NCBI GenBank assembly: GCA_051294375.1
Contig: CM119263.1
Location: forward strand, 22,780,833-22,844,832
Source: Paraspadella gotoi
Lineage: Eukaryota > Animalia > Chaetognatha
Direction: 5' to 3'
Length of the DNA stretch: 64,000 nucleotides
Each line of letters begins with the position of its first letter. Position 1 is the stretch's first letter. Positions 35,897-49,924 of the stretch are shown piece after piece. The position numbers were made by a program, and so were the translations under genes. The notes under the pieces are model-generated. The model did no database searches and was not told where the DNA came from. It was given only the letters and a program-made list of their open reading frames with translations.

Positions 35897-37030
35897 TGGC
35901 AACAGCCGGTTCTAGTTGGTTGGCGACTTCGCCATGGCGATATCGCCAGGGCTTTGGCGATGTCGCCAGTCCCCCCACTGGCGACCTCGCCAGTGATAAA
36001 AGTAGCGAATATAATGAAAAGCGCAGCTAACACGGGGATGAACATCACCTTCAGGCTCCTCTCCCAACCCTAACCCTAAACCAAACCTCCCGTTCAACTC
36101 TGTGCCTCTCCCCTAACCCTAACCCGGGCCTGGGCCTCCCGTACATCTCCATGCCTCAACCCTAACCCTAACCGCCTTTGATGCATCAACCACGGGCCCC
36201 TCCCCAACCCTAACCCTAAACCAAGCCTTCCGTTCAACTCTGTGCCTCTCCTCTAACCCTAACCCAGGCCCAGCCTCCCGTACATCTCCGTGCCTTAACC
36301 CTAACCCTAACCGCCTTCGATGCATCAACCACGGGCCCCTCCCCCAACCCTAACCCTAAACTAAGCCTCCCGTTCAACTCCATGCCTCTCCCCTAACCCT
36401 AACCCAGGCCCAGCCTCCCGTACATCTCCGTGCCTCAACCCTAACCCTAACCGCCTTCGATGCATCAACCATGGGTCCCTCCCGCAACCCTAACCCTAAA
36501 CCAAGCCTCCCGTTCAACTCCATGCCTCTCCCCTAACCCTAAACCAGGCCCGGCCTCCCGTACATCTCCGTACCTCAACCCTAACCCTAATTGCCTTCGA
36601 TATATAACCACGGGCCTCTCTCCCAACCCTAACCCTAAATCGGGCCCAGGCCTCCCGTACATCTCCGTGCCTCAACCCTAACCCTAACGCGGGCCTCTTG
36701 GTCATCAAAAACACCCTCCCTACCCCTATTCCTAAAATTGACATTAATAATAAGCCTAAAATAAACTTAACTTAACTCAACCCTAACCCTAAACTACTCA
36801 ACCCTAACCCTAAACTACTCAACCCTAACCCTAACTACTACCAACTCAACCCTAACCCAACTCAACCCTAACCCTAATCTGAGTTTAGTTTAGGCGAAAT
36901 TGCCATAACTAGAACGCTAGATGTAGTTCACAGCTAAACCGCCAAATGGGGAGGGCGTGATGGCTAAGTCGCGATTTGGCGATTTCACACTGAACTACAT
37001 CTAGCGTTCTAGTTATGGCGATTTCGCCTC
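35897..37030. repeat. Repeat element with a 140-bp satellite built on (CCCTAA)2 telomere-like words and hairpin-forming ends
   Basis: Period 140 bp (CCCTAAA ending at 36080, 36220, 36360, 36500), ~4.5 units with three subunits each. TGGCGACTTCGCCA hairpin cluster at ~35921-35991. A ~38-bp-arm inverted repeat at ~36892-37028. Confidence 0.85.
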
Positions 37031-37097
37031 GATTGGTCGTTTTAACTAATTACATTTCAAAAAAGTAATTTTTTTTCATAAACTTAAACATCTACAT

Positions 37098-37268
37098 TGA
37101 AGAGACAGTAATTATTGTTATGTGTTAGTGACAGAACGGTTTAATATAAGAGAGTCCCTGAAATCGGATCAGGCTGTTAACACCATATTACAGGCGAGTT
37201 AACTGCTAGGCCGACCACCGGGCTAGAACCCCGGGCCTTTGGGTTGGGCGAGTCGAATGACTTTGCCT
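37098..37268 (-). mobile_element. Family B LTR truncated by an N gap, with the twister core deleted
   Basis: Begins TGAAGAGACAG (LTR 3' end TCTTCA). An 18-bp deletion between two TTAA words at ~37200 removes the GA/T1/P1 strand. Confidence 0.8.
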
Positions 37269-37294
37269 NNNNNNNNNNNNNNNNNNNNNNNNNG

Positions 37295-38133
37295 CGAATT
37301 TCGCCTAAACTAAACTCAGATTGGGTTAGGGTTGAGGGTTAGGTTTGGTAGTAGGGGTGAGTAGTTTAGGTTAGGGTTAGGGTTAGTTGAGTTAAGTTAA
37401 GTTTATTTTAGGCTTATTATTAATGTCAATTTTAGGGATAGGGTAGGGAGGGTGTTGTTGATGACCAAGAGGCCGCGTTAGTTAGTTAGAGGTATGAGGT
37501 TAGAGGTTGACGGCACGGAGATGTAAAGGGAGGCCTGGGCCCGGTTTAGGGTTAGGGTTGGGAGAGAGACCCGTGGTTATATATCGAAGGCAATTAGGGT
37601 TAGGGTTGAGGTACGGAGATGTACGGGAGGCGGGCCTGGTTTAGGGTTAGGGGAGAGGCATGGAGTTGAACGAGAAGGCTTAGGTTTAGGGTATGGGGTT
37701 GGGGACGTGGTGTGATGCATCGAAGGCGGTTAGGTTAGGGTTGAGGCAGGAGATGTAGGAGGCGGCCTGGGTTAGGGTTAGGGGAGAGGCAAGAGTTGAA
37801 CGGAAGACTTAGGTTTGGTTAGGGTTGGGGGAGGGGCCCGTGTTGATGCATCAAAGGCGGTTAGGGTTAGGGTTGAGGCATGGAGATGTACGGGAGGCCC
37901 AGGCCCGGTTAGGGTTAGGGAGAGGGCACAGAGTTGAACGGGGGTTTGGTTTAGGGTTAGGGTTGGGAGAGGAGCCTGAAGGTGATGTTCATCCCCGTGT
38001 TAGCTGCGCCTTATTCATTATATTTCGCTACTTTTATCACTGCGAGTCGCCAGTGGGGGGACTGGCGACATCGCCAAAGCCCTGGCGATATCGCCATGGC
38101 GAAGTCGCCAACCAACGAACCGGCTTTTGCCAT
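37295..38133. repeat. Inverted second copy of the TTAGGG-satellite element
   Basis: Reverse complement of ~35897-36900. Noisier than the first copy and starts immediately after an N gap. Confidence 0.8.
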
Positions 38134-38700
38134 TTTATTAGATTTTTTTTATTGTGAAATCTTTTACAATTCGTCCAATTAAAAAAAATTTGCTGTCCTG
38201 AGCATGTCTTGACTGTTTTGAATAATTAATTTTTTATCGTTAAGGATTCCGAGTATATCTTAATTAATGTGTAATTGGAATTTTTAATAATTTTAAGTAT
38301 TTTATTGAATATTAATTTATTAATTAATTTTCCTCTTTTATGCTTAGCAATGCTGAGCGTTGCGATTATATTGTAACGCTTTGTGCATAACTTGGCGTTC
38401 TCGTTGTAAGATTCCCCTTTTTGGATTTGAAAGTTTGATGATCGATGATCCAAAGATTTAGTGAGTTAATTAAAATATTTTTTCAGTTTTAGTAAAAATA
38501 TATCATGATCGAAGAGATAGTTTTAGTTAGCTTTATTAAGCTTTATAAAGCCTTTAATGTCCATTAAGATTAGTCCTTCATTATTAATTTTTTTTATTAA
38601 TTTATTTTCATTTATTTTTTAATAATTTTTTCATTGGTTTTATTTCATTTCTTCTTTTCGTTTAAAGAGTGATGAATTAAAAAATAGCAAAATAGGATAT

Positions 38701-38950
38701 TATGGTGGAATAAAAAATCACCCAATCGTTCATCAGCGCCATTGGTGCGGAGGCAAGTCATTCGCTCCACACCCAAAGGCCGGCGGTTCTAGCCGGTGGT
38801 CGATCTGGCAGTTAAGAGGACGGGCGGCTATGACAAGCCGGGCCGAAACAAGCGGAATAAGCATTGTGTTACAGCCTAGAATCCGAAGAGATCTTCGTGA
38901 GAGGAGTGACTGCTTACATGTGAACGCCGTTGTCTCATTAACCCAGCACA
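38701..38950 (+). mobile_element. Family B LTR, error-rich copy
   Basis: TATGGTGG start, tRNA-like head and twister remnants, with many indels. Confidence 0.7.
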
Positions 38951-39617
38951 TGGTATTCAATAGGACTGGGGTGATCGTATGCTACTATCAAAGGTGAGAG
39001 GTATAAATATTAAATAAAGTATATAAAGGCCATGTAATAATTTACAGCAAGAAAATGTATGCATGAGCGGGTCAGTATAGAAGATGTCAAGTATATTATA
39101 TTTCATTATTAAAGGAATTTACAACTTAAAAGAGCCAGGGATAGTGGGGATACAAGGAGAACCAACGTTGTCCGATGGTAACCATAGAGTATTACATGCG
39201 TGATTATAAGGATAGGAACTAAATTATAATGAACTGCGGAATGATTAATCGTGCAGCAATAAAATATGAAGTGGCGGATGATATGATAAATAAGTCTGAT
39301 TTGTTATGGATAATCAAATGATTGATGCGATGATAGTCATATCAGAATTGAGTGTCTCGCAGTAAATAAAATTACAATTTCAATTAGAAAATATTGATGA
39401 TAATTCATTCACTGTGATGCGATATGATAGTCATTCTAGAAGAGCAAGCGATGAGCCTCCATTCAAATACGAACGTAAATAAGAACAAGGACAGGAAGTG
39501 CGTGTTATGAAAAATGAAAGAGATGGATGAAAGAGAGAGAGAGAGGAGGGAAAGAAAGTAGGTCCGAAAGAAAAAGAGCTGCGTGCGAGCCGTTTATCAC
39601 ATCTCGTTTATTATAAG

Positions 39618-39662
39618 ACCAATGGCCGCTGATGAACGGTTGGCGGATTTTAGTCCAACATA
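39618..39662 (-). mobile_element. Family B LTR 5' fragment
   Basis: ACCAATGGCCGCTGATGAACGGTTGGCGGATTTTAGTCCAACATA matches the LTR 5' end. Confidence 0.7.
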
Positions 39663-40626
39663 ACATATTAATATTTTTATTATATTTATAATGCTTACTC
39701 ATTTCTCTTTTCATTTCTAATGAACAAGTAATTATAAAGAAAAAGTTTAGAATTTGTCCTTGCTATTAGATGGTATAAAATCATATTAATTTAACCAAAT
39801 GTAATTTAAATTCTAATCGAAAGCCTGCTACGATGTTTGGCTCTCCCTGCAACCTGTCATGGGGCTGACTTGGCCCGACGCCATTAAAACTTTTTCTTCT
39901 TTTTTCACAATTGTTTTTTTTTCTTTTTTCTTAATAATAAAGTTTTTCTTGATAATAATAACAATAACCAATCACAAAGATTTTTACTTGAAAATATATT
40001 TAATTATGATGAGAATAAATAACATTTTAAAAAAGAAGATGTTTTAGGAAACAGAATGAATGAACAACAAGATGATTAATATAAAACGAGTAAGACAAAA
40101 TAGCGAATATAAAAAGAAACCAGTGGTTTCGCCAATACATGTAAATCACTTTCAAGGGCTTAAACTGAACTGTTACTACGGCAATAATAACATTTTGGTA
40201 CTTTTAAAGATATTTTATAAATCAAAACAATATTATTTTAGTTTTGATATATGATTTATCATTAAAATTCTTTGATCAAGACATAGAATAGAAAATAGAA
40301 GAAAATGCTCACACTAGAGAAAGTAAGAGACAAATACTCCTATTGTACAATTTCAGGGGTTAAGTGATTTACAATTACAATAACACTGGAAAAAAATAAA
40401 ACGGAAGAACTCGGAACAGGAAAAACTCATAAGACGCGAAATAAAATAGAGAACAAAGTCGTGGGGGAGAGACGACGACGACGATGACGACGATGTCGAT
40501 GACGATGATTGTTCGACTCTAAAAATGGAACAAACGAAGAAAGTGATCAACGAAAATGACATCCATGGAGTCCGTTGGGCTTTGCAAACATTGTTTGATG
40601 GAGAGCGTCAGGGAGAGAGAGAGGGA

Positions 40627-40725
<99 letters not shown>

Positions 40726-40756
40726 CGGGGTGAGAGAGAAAGACGAAGATAGAAAA

Positions 40757-40796
<40 letters not shown>

Positions 40797-40937
40797 AAAT
40801 GTGAGGGGAATAAAGGGGAAGGAGTTAAAAAATATAAACGAGAGAAAGAAGAAAGAAAAGCTAGAAAAGAAAAAGATAGAGAAAAATAGAGAAAAAAAGT
40901 ATAGAATGAAAAAAAGGGAGAAAATAGAGACCATAAC

Positions 40938-41576
40938 GCGAATATTATTCCATATCCCGAGTCTGACGAGCGGCCATTACGAGACTCAACTTATCTCCGG
41001 TTCATTTTTCACTTCCGGTTGACCTTCGACCTCCCAGTCGTATTCCACCTCTTCCTCCACCTTCTCCTCCTCCTCATCGCCTTTCCCATTGCTGTCCTTA
41101 TCCTCTTCTTCTACATTCACCTTTTCATCCTTTTCCTCCTCCTACGTATCTGAGATCATATCAATGGAAACTTTACTATTTATAAGTAGTATTTACACGC
41201 TTTAAAAATTAATTAAAACCTTCATTCTTTCAAAATAATTCTTGTCAGTGGCTTACCTAACAGCTAAGTTAGTCCATGTTTCTACATCTTTTCAAGAATT
41301 GTGGGGAAGTTGATATTTTTTTATTCGGTCTTCGGTCATTTGATGGTGAAACTCAATGTTCCGCTTGTCCTCTCTCTCTCTCTCTCTCTCTCTCTCACTT
41401 TCCTTTTCCTTACTGTCCTGTCCATTTACCCCAACTACTATCTCCTTCGATGGATAGAAGCCTCTCTTTGACCGGCAGTGGAGGAGGCCAACAAGGAGGA
41501 TGCTAACGAGGGTCCCAAGAAGGGGCCACGGAGGGCGGAGGGTGATAAGCAAGCCTTTCGGCAAGCGAGGGAACCC

Positions 41577-41624
<48 letters not shown>

Positions 41625-44250
41625 TAATGAACGAAGGGGCGACGTTGGGGACGCTTTTTTTTGTGGGATAAGATAGGAGTCTACGTCGTTCTTAGAAATC
41701 GAGGAAGACTTTTTCAATGGAATTTTCGTTAAAAATCTGACTACCAAACAATGTCAACGCCCCTGGGAAATAATCAGGTAAAAAATAGATGTAAAAACAC
41801 TCGATTCCGATCCTGTTGCATCTGAAGGGCTCGCATTTTTTTTCTCTGACAAATAACCATCATTTTGACATCAAACCATCAGATTCAAATGGACTGGTCC
41901 CTCGGGAAAATATTTCGATGCAATTTTTATATATAAAATAAAGGGATTTCTCAACTTCAATACAATGTCAACGCATTTAACATATGTTGTGATTTTACAA
42001 TAAACTTCAAATCAGGAATCGATAGCCATATGTCTGAAGGCTCTCTCAAAATTTTCTCTTACATTTTATTTGGTTATTTTGATATGATACGATCATGGGA
42101 AAGTGAATTAGTCATTTTGGTGAAATTTTTATTTAAAGTAAAAGTAAAAGAGAGCTAACGATCGGAATTCTAAGAGTTTCAACCGGGAGTCAGATTCAGT
42201 AAAAATCTTCTATGCGAAAATCTTCCAAAGAAGGGGGGGATTTTTCCGAAGATCTTGGTTGAATTTCTATATTTATGGTAGGATTTTTTTGAAACTTAAT
42301 ATTAACAATATTGCCATCATTCTACCTTGGCCGGTATAAGAATATATTAATAAAAACCTCTGGCTTTGTTCGTCAGAGCTTAGTCCTAGATAAGACGAAT
42401 TGCCCGACCATAGGAGTCTATCGGTCAGACATTAAATCGACGTGGCGTGTCGGAATAGCGAAAGTGAAGAGGTGAAAAGTGTGTTTAAGAAAACAAGCAT
42501 ATGAGCGTGTGAAGCAGAATATCGAGAATTGGTGATAGATTATGCAAACGCGAGGGAGGAAAAGATGAAGAAAATCTGAGAAGCGGTTTTGCAATTAGCT
42601 CATTCGGCTTTCGTGGCACCGTTCGCAACAGCAATGCTTCCATTCGATTCATGGACTTAAATTAAGCCACTGATTTAAAAATTTAAAACATATATAAAAG
42701 AATCCATGTTAATATATTGCTGCAAAAATAACAATTTTAAAAATATCAAGTATTTTTAAAAATAAGGCTCGTCGAGATGAATTTGAACGTTTTTTTTTCG
42801 TTCCCTCGTTTTGTTTTTCTTGAAGGGATCGACCATAAATTTTCTATTCTGAATTCTAACAACATACGCCAAACAAAAGACTATGGGTCGGCGAGGGCAC
42901 TATCCATCGATTAGCATCTAAAGTCGGAAAAAGGGTAGTACATCATACAATAATACTTATACTTTTAATCTATGAGGAAGTATCATAAGAAACCTCTCGT
43001 GCAATATCAGTTTTTCAAAAATCAGTTTTTTCTGGACATATAGGGTTTTCCTTATTTTGGACTCACTTTTGTCGAGCTATATCCAGGAAGTTTATGATAT
43101 ATTTCCAATTTTTTTAAAATCATAGTAAGTAACTGAATATCTAGCATGGATTGAATTAAAACTTTATTTAAAAACTGTTTTACTGTATCTGAGTTTTCAA
43201 AAATATAGCTGAGAAACTAGGTTGAAACACGCGGAAAAATATGATCATTCTTATTAATTTAATGATTGATTTTATTATGTGTTTTATTCGTTTACAACAA
43301 TTAGTTGAAACAGTACATTCAAAAGGGCATACAGCATTACAGATAAAACGCATAAATTGTACAGTTTACAATTCAACAAAATATAAATTAATATACAGAA
43401 CGAAAAAAGAAAAAATCAACATATATAATATAACTATATATATAATATATAACTATAACGCACATGATAATAGATCTTTCCGCAAACTTACCGCTTATAA
43501 GTAAATACCAAAATGATTTTCAAAATTAATTATTTTTCAACACATACCGATAAGAAAATTTATAAATTGTAATATTGTCGATTTTCTCACAAGCAATATT
43601 ACAAGCGAGGATTACATTCGTATTCAGGAGGCATGAGAGAGCGTACCACGACAACGACCAAATGAAGGGCAGTTAATGTCTTGTAATTTAGAAATAAAAG
43701 AATATGTATAATAAAAATAATAAAAAGAGCAACAATTCATTGAGGAATAGAGAGAAAGTAGAGCTAATGATATAGTAAAGATCGGGGAATGAATCGAGCA
43801 AAGGATCGGGGAATGGATCGAGCAAAGGATCGGTCAAAGGATGAGGCAAACCGTGCGGACATTGTCCAAAGATCAAGCTAAGTATTTGGTAATGAAATTA
43901 ACGATGGGACTTCGAAAAAAGAATCTTATGTAAATTTTATTTTTAATTTACATATTAATGGCTTTAAAGGCCAATCTAAATAAGCATTTCAAAAAATTTT
44001 AAAAGTTTTTGGGTAACGAAAATGGCAAAATCTACATATTGTAAACTCTCATTTATAATTTTACTAAAATTATTTTACTTAAAATTAATCTGCATACCTG
44101 CTTTATTTTATGCAATCAAAATCTTTTCATTTGATAGTTTTTATTTTTGAAGAAAATGATTTCTTAGATATAATTATAATTATACCTACGTTTAGTATTT
44201 ATAAATACTCCAGATTAATTGATTGTAATCAATATTTCCTCTTTTATTTA
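40938..44250 (+). repeat. ~3.3-kb direct duplication of ~55949-59235
   Basis: Collinear near-identity that differs mostly by 1-bp indels. Includes a GATCGGGGAATG(A/G)ATCGAGCAAAG minisatellite at ~43780-43840 and ~58794-58855. Confidence 0.9.
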
Positions 44251-46654
44251 GTCTTACGTATTTTTGAAGACAAAAATAATAAGAGAAAGCTAAAAAATGC
44301 TTTTAATATAGTAGACGAGAAATCTTCGTCTTTAAAAAAAAAATTCAACATTTTTTTTCTTAATATGAGATTTCCGTTATAAATAATTCATCATCCCTCA
44401 AATTGCAACTAGTAAATTGCCGAAATTTCGGGCAATAAATCTCTGTTAAAAATACACACGATTCTCGGATTGCGTTTAATATTATGCTTAATAGTTAGTC
44501 CAAATAAAATTCGCTTCTTATGCTATTTTGATAAAGCGATTTTATATATTTTTAACAAATGCCCATGGGTTTATAAATTGCCTACTAGTCATCTCCTGGG
44601 AGAATATTTTCAAATCTTGTTTTACTATAGAAATGAAAGTGCGCAATTTTGCTTTTTTCAAAAATTGTAAAACGGGTGCTTTAGGGTTTATTGTTAATTT
44701 TTATTAAATATTACTAATCGTAATTTTGAGTTTAATAAAGCCTCTGTTTCTCATGAAGCTCTCTCAAATTTTCTTATAATCATTATTGATCCCAATAAAC
44801 TTCTTTATAGTAATACCATACATTAGTATAAGATCCATTGGTCTGGTTTGATACAACATGAAATTTTTTTTTTTAATAAGAAATTTAAAAGGTAAGGAAA
44901 TTTTGAGCATGAATAAAAACTGATTTTCCTAAGGATTATCTCTTGAAGGATACAAAGTATACAGGGATGGCTAATAGCTATCAAAAATGAAGCCATAATC
45001 ATTATTGCACATACATAGTTTTACAAATATTAGAATTTAAATATTTTTGTCTGAAACCTCTTTACATGGTGAGTGTCAAACTAAAGTTCAAAATTATTAT
45101 ATATGAATTTTAAAATACTAATGAAACCCCATTAAAATAAATGATAAAATTAAATTCTTTTTAGTGATTCTGCAAAAGAATAAAAGGCTAAATTTGCTTA
45201 CTATATAGTTAAAACTTTAAATTTTTTGGTAATTAAAGGAATTATATAATTTTATTTTTTTTATAATTTTATTTTCACTTAAATTAATTTGCTCACTGAT
45301 ATTACAAGCATGTCTTATCAAAAATTCTACATATTATATTATTCACTACCCATCACAGTCTAACTAAAATTTATCTTTCTTTTTTCCAATCAGCAAAAAG
45401 TTAAAACATTTTTATTGTTACTTGAGAACAGGGATGTGTTTTAACTTGTAAATGAAAGCTGGAAGACGTTCAATCTACTTCAAACTTAAATGGTCATTTT
45501 TCATATATTTAAAATAGTAGCGCTATATTTTTTTTTTATTTATTTAAAACTTCTCACCTGGATCTATACAAATAATGACATTTTTTACTTTTTATTATAT
45601 AATTCCCTAATGTTAATGTTTATTCATATTATTTTGTTACGCCTAGAAATCATAAAAAACAGAAAGTTATTGGTTATTCCCTTTCGCTCGATTTAGAGAA
45701 ATAAAAAATATAACTAGCTGGATATTATAAAAGTTTGCTAAGAAGGTAATGTCAGAATTAATCAGTGCGAAAATCTTAAATAAATATGGCATTGCAGAAT
45801 GTGAAAAATAAAGGTGGTGCCGAATTCTGATGTGTGGTAATTCCTAAGATTCTCCTCTATGTTGAATGTGTCCGATTAAGTGCGAATACTTGAGATTTAC
45901 TTAATTATTCCCGTTCATTCCCACATCTTATCGCATATATAATAATATAAGAAAAAAGTCACTTGGCCTCTTTCTTTTAAATAGCGGCTTATTGTCCGAC
46001 TTTAATTATTAGGCGTTTAGTTATTTTTATGAATTCATTAAAAAAATAATAATGAAACATTTTTGTTTCCTTTAATGGATAAATAACGAATTTTATGAGA
46101 GAAACCACTTTAAGTTTTTCTCAAGAATTACTCATGCGTGGTTAAGGCTATTTTAAGCTGCTAATTATACCTATTAGTATAATTTTCTGATTTTTAATCG
46201 TGCGTGCTTCGATGTTATTGATAAGAATTTTTATAGGTCGTCTCTTTAATCTCTCTAATAATTAGACTCTTTTCTGGTTCATTTTAAAATGCACCACTTA
46301 AGCTTATTTAAAATACTCCTATTTTTGATTTTTACTTTCGTGAGAGCTTTTGCTGATATAAGTTTTTTCTAAGTTTTCTCTTCAGAGCTCAAAATCTGTT
46401 TGTACCCTCTTCGAAAACCCGTTTTTTAAGGGTCTTCCGCGTAGTTTGATTTTGTACTTAATAATAGTTTCATCTAATTAAAAAAGTAGAATAACTGTCA
46501 TTTCTATTCTGCGGTCCTCATGCTAAATGAAGACATGTCGGAACGGCAACGTTCGTAAAATGTTTTGCCTTCTGCGAGCGTGAGACCAAATAATATCTCA
46601 CTCAATGCATTGTGAATGCAGTATTTTTTTTCCTGAATATCAAATTATTTAAGA

Positions 46655-47090
46655 TAAGAGGACTATGTAATTTTTGTTTATGCTTGTTTAATGATCAGAA
46701 CCGTTTCAATTATAAAGTGCATGGGTCCTGATGCAATTCGGATCTAGGCCTTGTATAACACTCGTGTTACAGGCGCGCTGGATTTATCGCAACCGTCCTT
46801 CTTTAATCTGTCCTAAGCGGCCATTCCGGGCAAGACTCCCGGAACTTTGGGTTGCAGAGGAAGTTCTTGAATGGCACTTTGCCTAGCTCGGCACCTAATG
46901 GCCGGTCCTGTATGTAACTCGTGGTGGATTTTTAGTTCTACCATACACTCTCCCCCACTCCCGTATGGCGAAAGTCTGTTGCGTCTCTTCAGTGAATTGT
47001 TGTGTTGGTGAAATGTTCGTTCACCAATTGCAGGGCATGTCGTTCTTTCTGATTGTGTTTGTGGGCTGGAAGAAGTGCTATGCGTCATGT
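46655..47090 (-). mobile_element. Family B 3' LTR plus PPT and part of the internal region (error-rich)
   Basis: LTR at ~46655-46945, preceded on the minus strand by a purine tract (revcomp of CACTCTCCCCCACTCCC). The following ~150 bp match the internal region at 50242-50400. Confidence 0.65.
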
Positions 47091-47896
47091 TTAATCTGTG
47101 GATTATATATTTTATTTCTTTATGCTCCATAAACTATTAATCATTATTAAACTTACTTAAGTTATACCATTGTATTTGAAGGCTATTATTCTAGTTCTAG
47201 GTAATGTCCCTTTATTAATTTAAAGTTTATATTCTTCCTATTTCATTTGGCATTATTATAAGCCTCTCGAATTGTGAATTCATAAAAGGCTCGATATTGA
47301 TTCTCTCGGTAGGCTTCTTTTGTTGAAGCATAGTCGTCGTCGCTCGTTGTCAGTGTTCTAATGGTTCGTCACTCATTTTTTTTTAAATTTAAATAAAAAA
47401 CTTTCTACAGCTTTTTTTATAGTTTAGCTGGGATCTTTAACCATTTTTTTGTATAATAAATATTATTTATATATAATACTAATGAAAGTTTTATTAAATC
47501 GTTGCGATCATAGTAACTGCTTAAAAAATTTGAGTATGGTCTTCTTCATCTTTGAAATTAGTTCCTCTTCAAATTATTCATATTACATTTGGATTTCATT
47601 AGTATTTTTTGTTTGAATTCTTCATCTTCTTTATTGATATTATACATGCAATATGCTCATAATGAAGCTATTTTTAGTACTTCATTTTATTAAATAACCA
47701 AATTTAGTATTTTATAGATAATTGCTTTTAATCTTTATTTTACATACTTCTCAGTTAAGTATATTTGAAGAGAATTCAATAATTTTTTTAAAATCTAAAA
47801 AAAAATGGCTAATCAAAGGACCCTTTAGCTATAGAAAAGACGCTATAATATTTCTTAATTTTTTAATACATAAATAAATAAAATATAAATGATTTC

Positions 47897-48299
47897 TGTG
47901 CGATAGTGCGTCCTAAGTGGGTCAAATGAAGTATGCCACTTACCCGTAACTTCTTTTTTATTAATCTGCTCCTTTTATGTGTAGCACATTTGGTACAGCG
48001 TCCTTGGCTTTGGATACCAGGCTTTTGTGAGGGTTGTTTATAGCCACGTCCCCAAATATTCGCGCTTATCTGCGTGTCTCAACGTCCTCATGTCTTTCCC
48101 ACAGGCGTATTTCTGTTACCGTGGTTTTGGGATTAAACCCTTGTATTCTAGTTTGAAGTGCATGAGCTTGGATGGCTTTTAATAACTCTAATGAGCCACC
48201 GCTGGTAAGGTACTGAATTTGGTGGTTCATGCTTATAGGCGGGTTGTGTGCATAATCCTAAGATGCGTATGCTTAATTTTTGATTTAATCCGACTTACA
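47897..48299 (-). mobile_element. Family A solo LTR (error-rich)
   Basis: Collinear reverse-complement blocks: CCTAAGTGGG, CCGTAACTTC, CCAGGCTT, CGTCCTCA, TTCCCACAGG, CATGAGCT, AATGAGCCACCG, CATGCTTATAGGCGGG, CCGACTTACA. Confidence 0.72.
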
Positions 48300-49924
48300 A
48301 ATTCTTTTATCAAGCGCTGTTATTATTTTGGATAAAAATAAATGTTAAAATTTTCTAATTGTATAATACTAATTGTAACATTTTTCCTTTCTTATTTTCT
48401 TTTATATATTTATTTATTTTAGTTATATTATTATATGTATATGTATTATATTATAAGGCAATTTGTGTCATGTGCTCTTTCTCTCTAAATCAAATTGTTG
48501 AAACTGTTTGGTATTTTAAGCGCTATTGCATGATTACCAATTTATTATTATAATGCAAATATGTGAGCGGATTCAGTTATGGTTTTATTAGTTTTAAAGT
48601 CGTTTTAGTAATATAGTTTTAGAACTGATGGAAATTTGCAGACTGTTTTTTTTGTCATATTTTGAACATTATCCAATGAATGAGTGGAAAATGCGATTTT
48701 GTTTATGCCAATTGTTAGATGTTGATGGTGAGCATAGTTAAAACATTAAATTTCCCAATCTTGATCATCCTCTCTGTACTTCATTTGTAGATGTGTACAG
48801 GGGTTATTTCTTATTTTCTAATCGAACAGTGGAGTGTTGAAAGTGATAATATTCTATTTTAGTCAGTTAAACTTATTCTCTAATTTGTAATTAATGTTTT
48901 ACTAAGTATTTTAGTAAGTAGCTTGTAATTTAATGGCCATTTATTGAATGATTGAATTATAGGATCTGTTAATAAATACTATTGTAGTCCCAGGGCCATC
49001 TGTGGAGCAAATTATTAAGTTACTCTCTGATCCACTTTATGTTAGATCTTTCTATTTTTATGCGGTCCATGGTTTAACTTAAATTTAAGACTAGCATACG
49101 TATGGATTTTGCCTATTGAGGTGAATGGTGATTTGCGTATTTTGTGATCTTTATAAATTTGTTGCTTGTTAATTTGTTAGCCACTGTGATACGATGCGTC
49201 TACTATTTTTGACTCAGTTTGTGATATGGTTGAAGACTTTGTGAGGGAGCAAGTTGCTGTGTGACATCTTTTAAAAAATTTATGATATGTTAAGAAGTAA
49301 TATAACCGAGATATGAAGCTTTAGGCTTAATGGTGACAAGTGGCTATGGTGAGTGTTATAGAAATTACATTAGGATTTACTTTTAAGTATCTGTATTATT
49401 CAAAGCATTGAGAGCTGTGAAAGGAATTTGGTATGTTAAGTTTGCCGGTTTGATATAGATCTTTATAATTCATTAAAGTGGTGGAAAATATTTTATCATT
49501 TGTTCGATGAAAGGATTTTAGAACAAAGCATTATTGTGTGGCCAATATTAAATTTGGCCAAATGCGTAATCAAGTTTTTAATATAAACGAATCTTATTGT
49601 TTGGTAATTGTAAATCTGTCGGTTACATTAAATGGATGTGACTACAGAGTGAAGTGAATCGTTAAATTAAACGTGGTTTAATTAATCGCTATTGCGACTT
49701 ATTAATAATCTCAATGAGTAATACTTCTTATTGTGGTATGAGTGGGTAACCATCATATTTTTGTATTTTTTTATTGTGTATTTTTATTTACTTTGCGTCT
49801 CAATTTGTTTTAATATTAGCTGTTCTTGTTTTTATTATTTATTCTTTATTTATTGTGATTAAATCATTTATCCCATTATCATTAATGTATTTTGTTTGAT
49901 TAGCGTTTTGTTTTTATTATATTA

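Noticed and set aside
36050-38000. True telomere, telomere fusion site or CRISPR-like repeat-spacer array
   Set aside because: Only two to three hexamers occur in a row, the 'spacers' are themselves repeated with a 140-bp period, and the context is eukaryotic with no cas genes.
40960-40995. CUGACGAG...CGAGAC minimal hammerhead look-alike (also at ~55974)
   Set aside because: GAGA instead of GAAA, and no stem III/NUH or stem I partner.
40525-41022. ER/SL-repeat ORFs
   Set aside because: Translations of (GA)n and (GAAA)n microsatellites.
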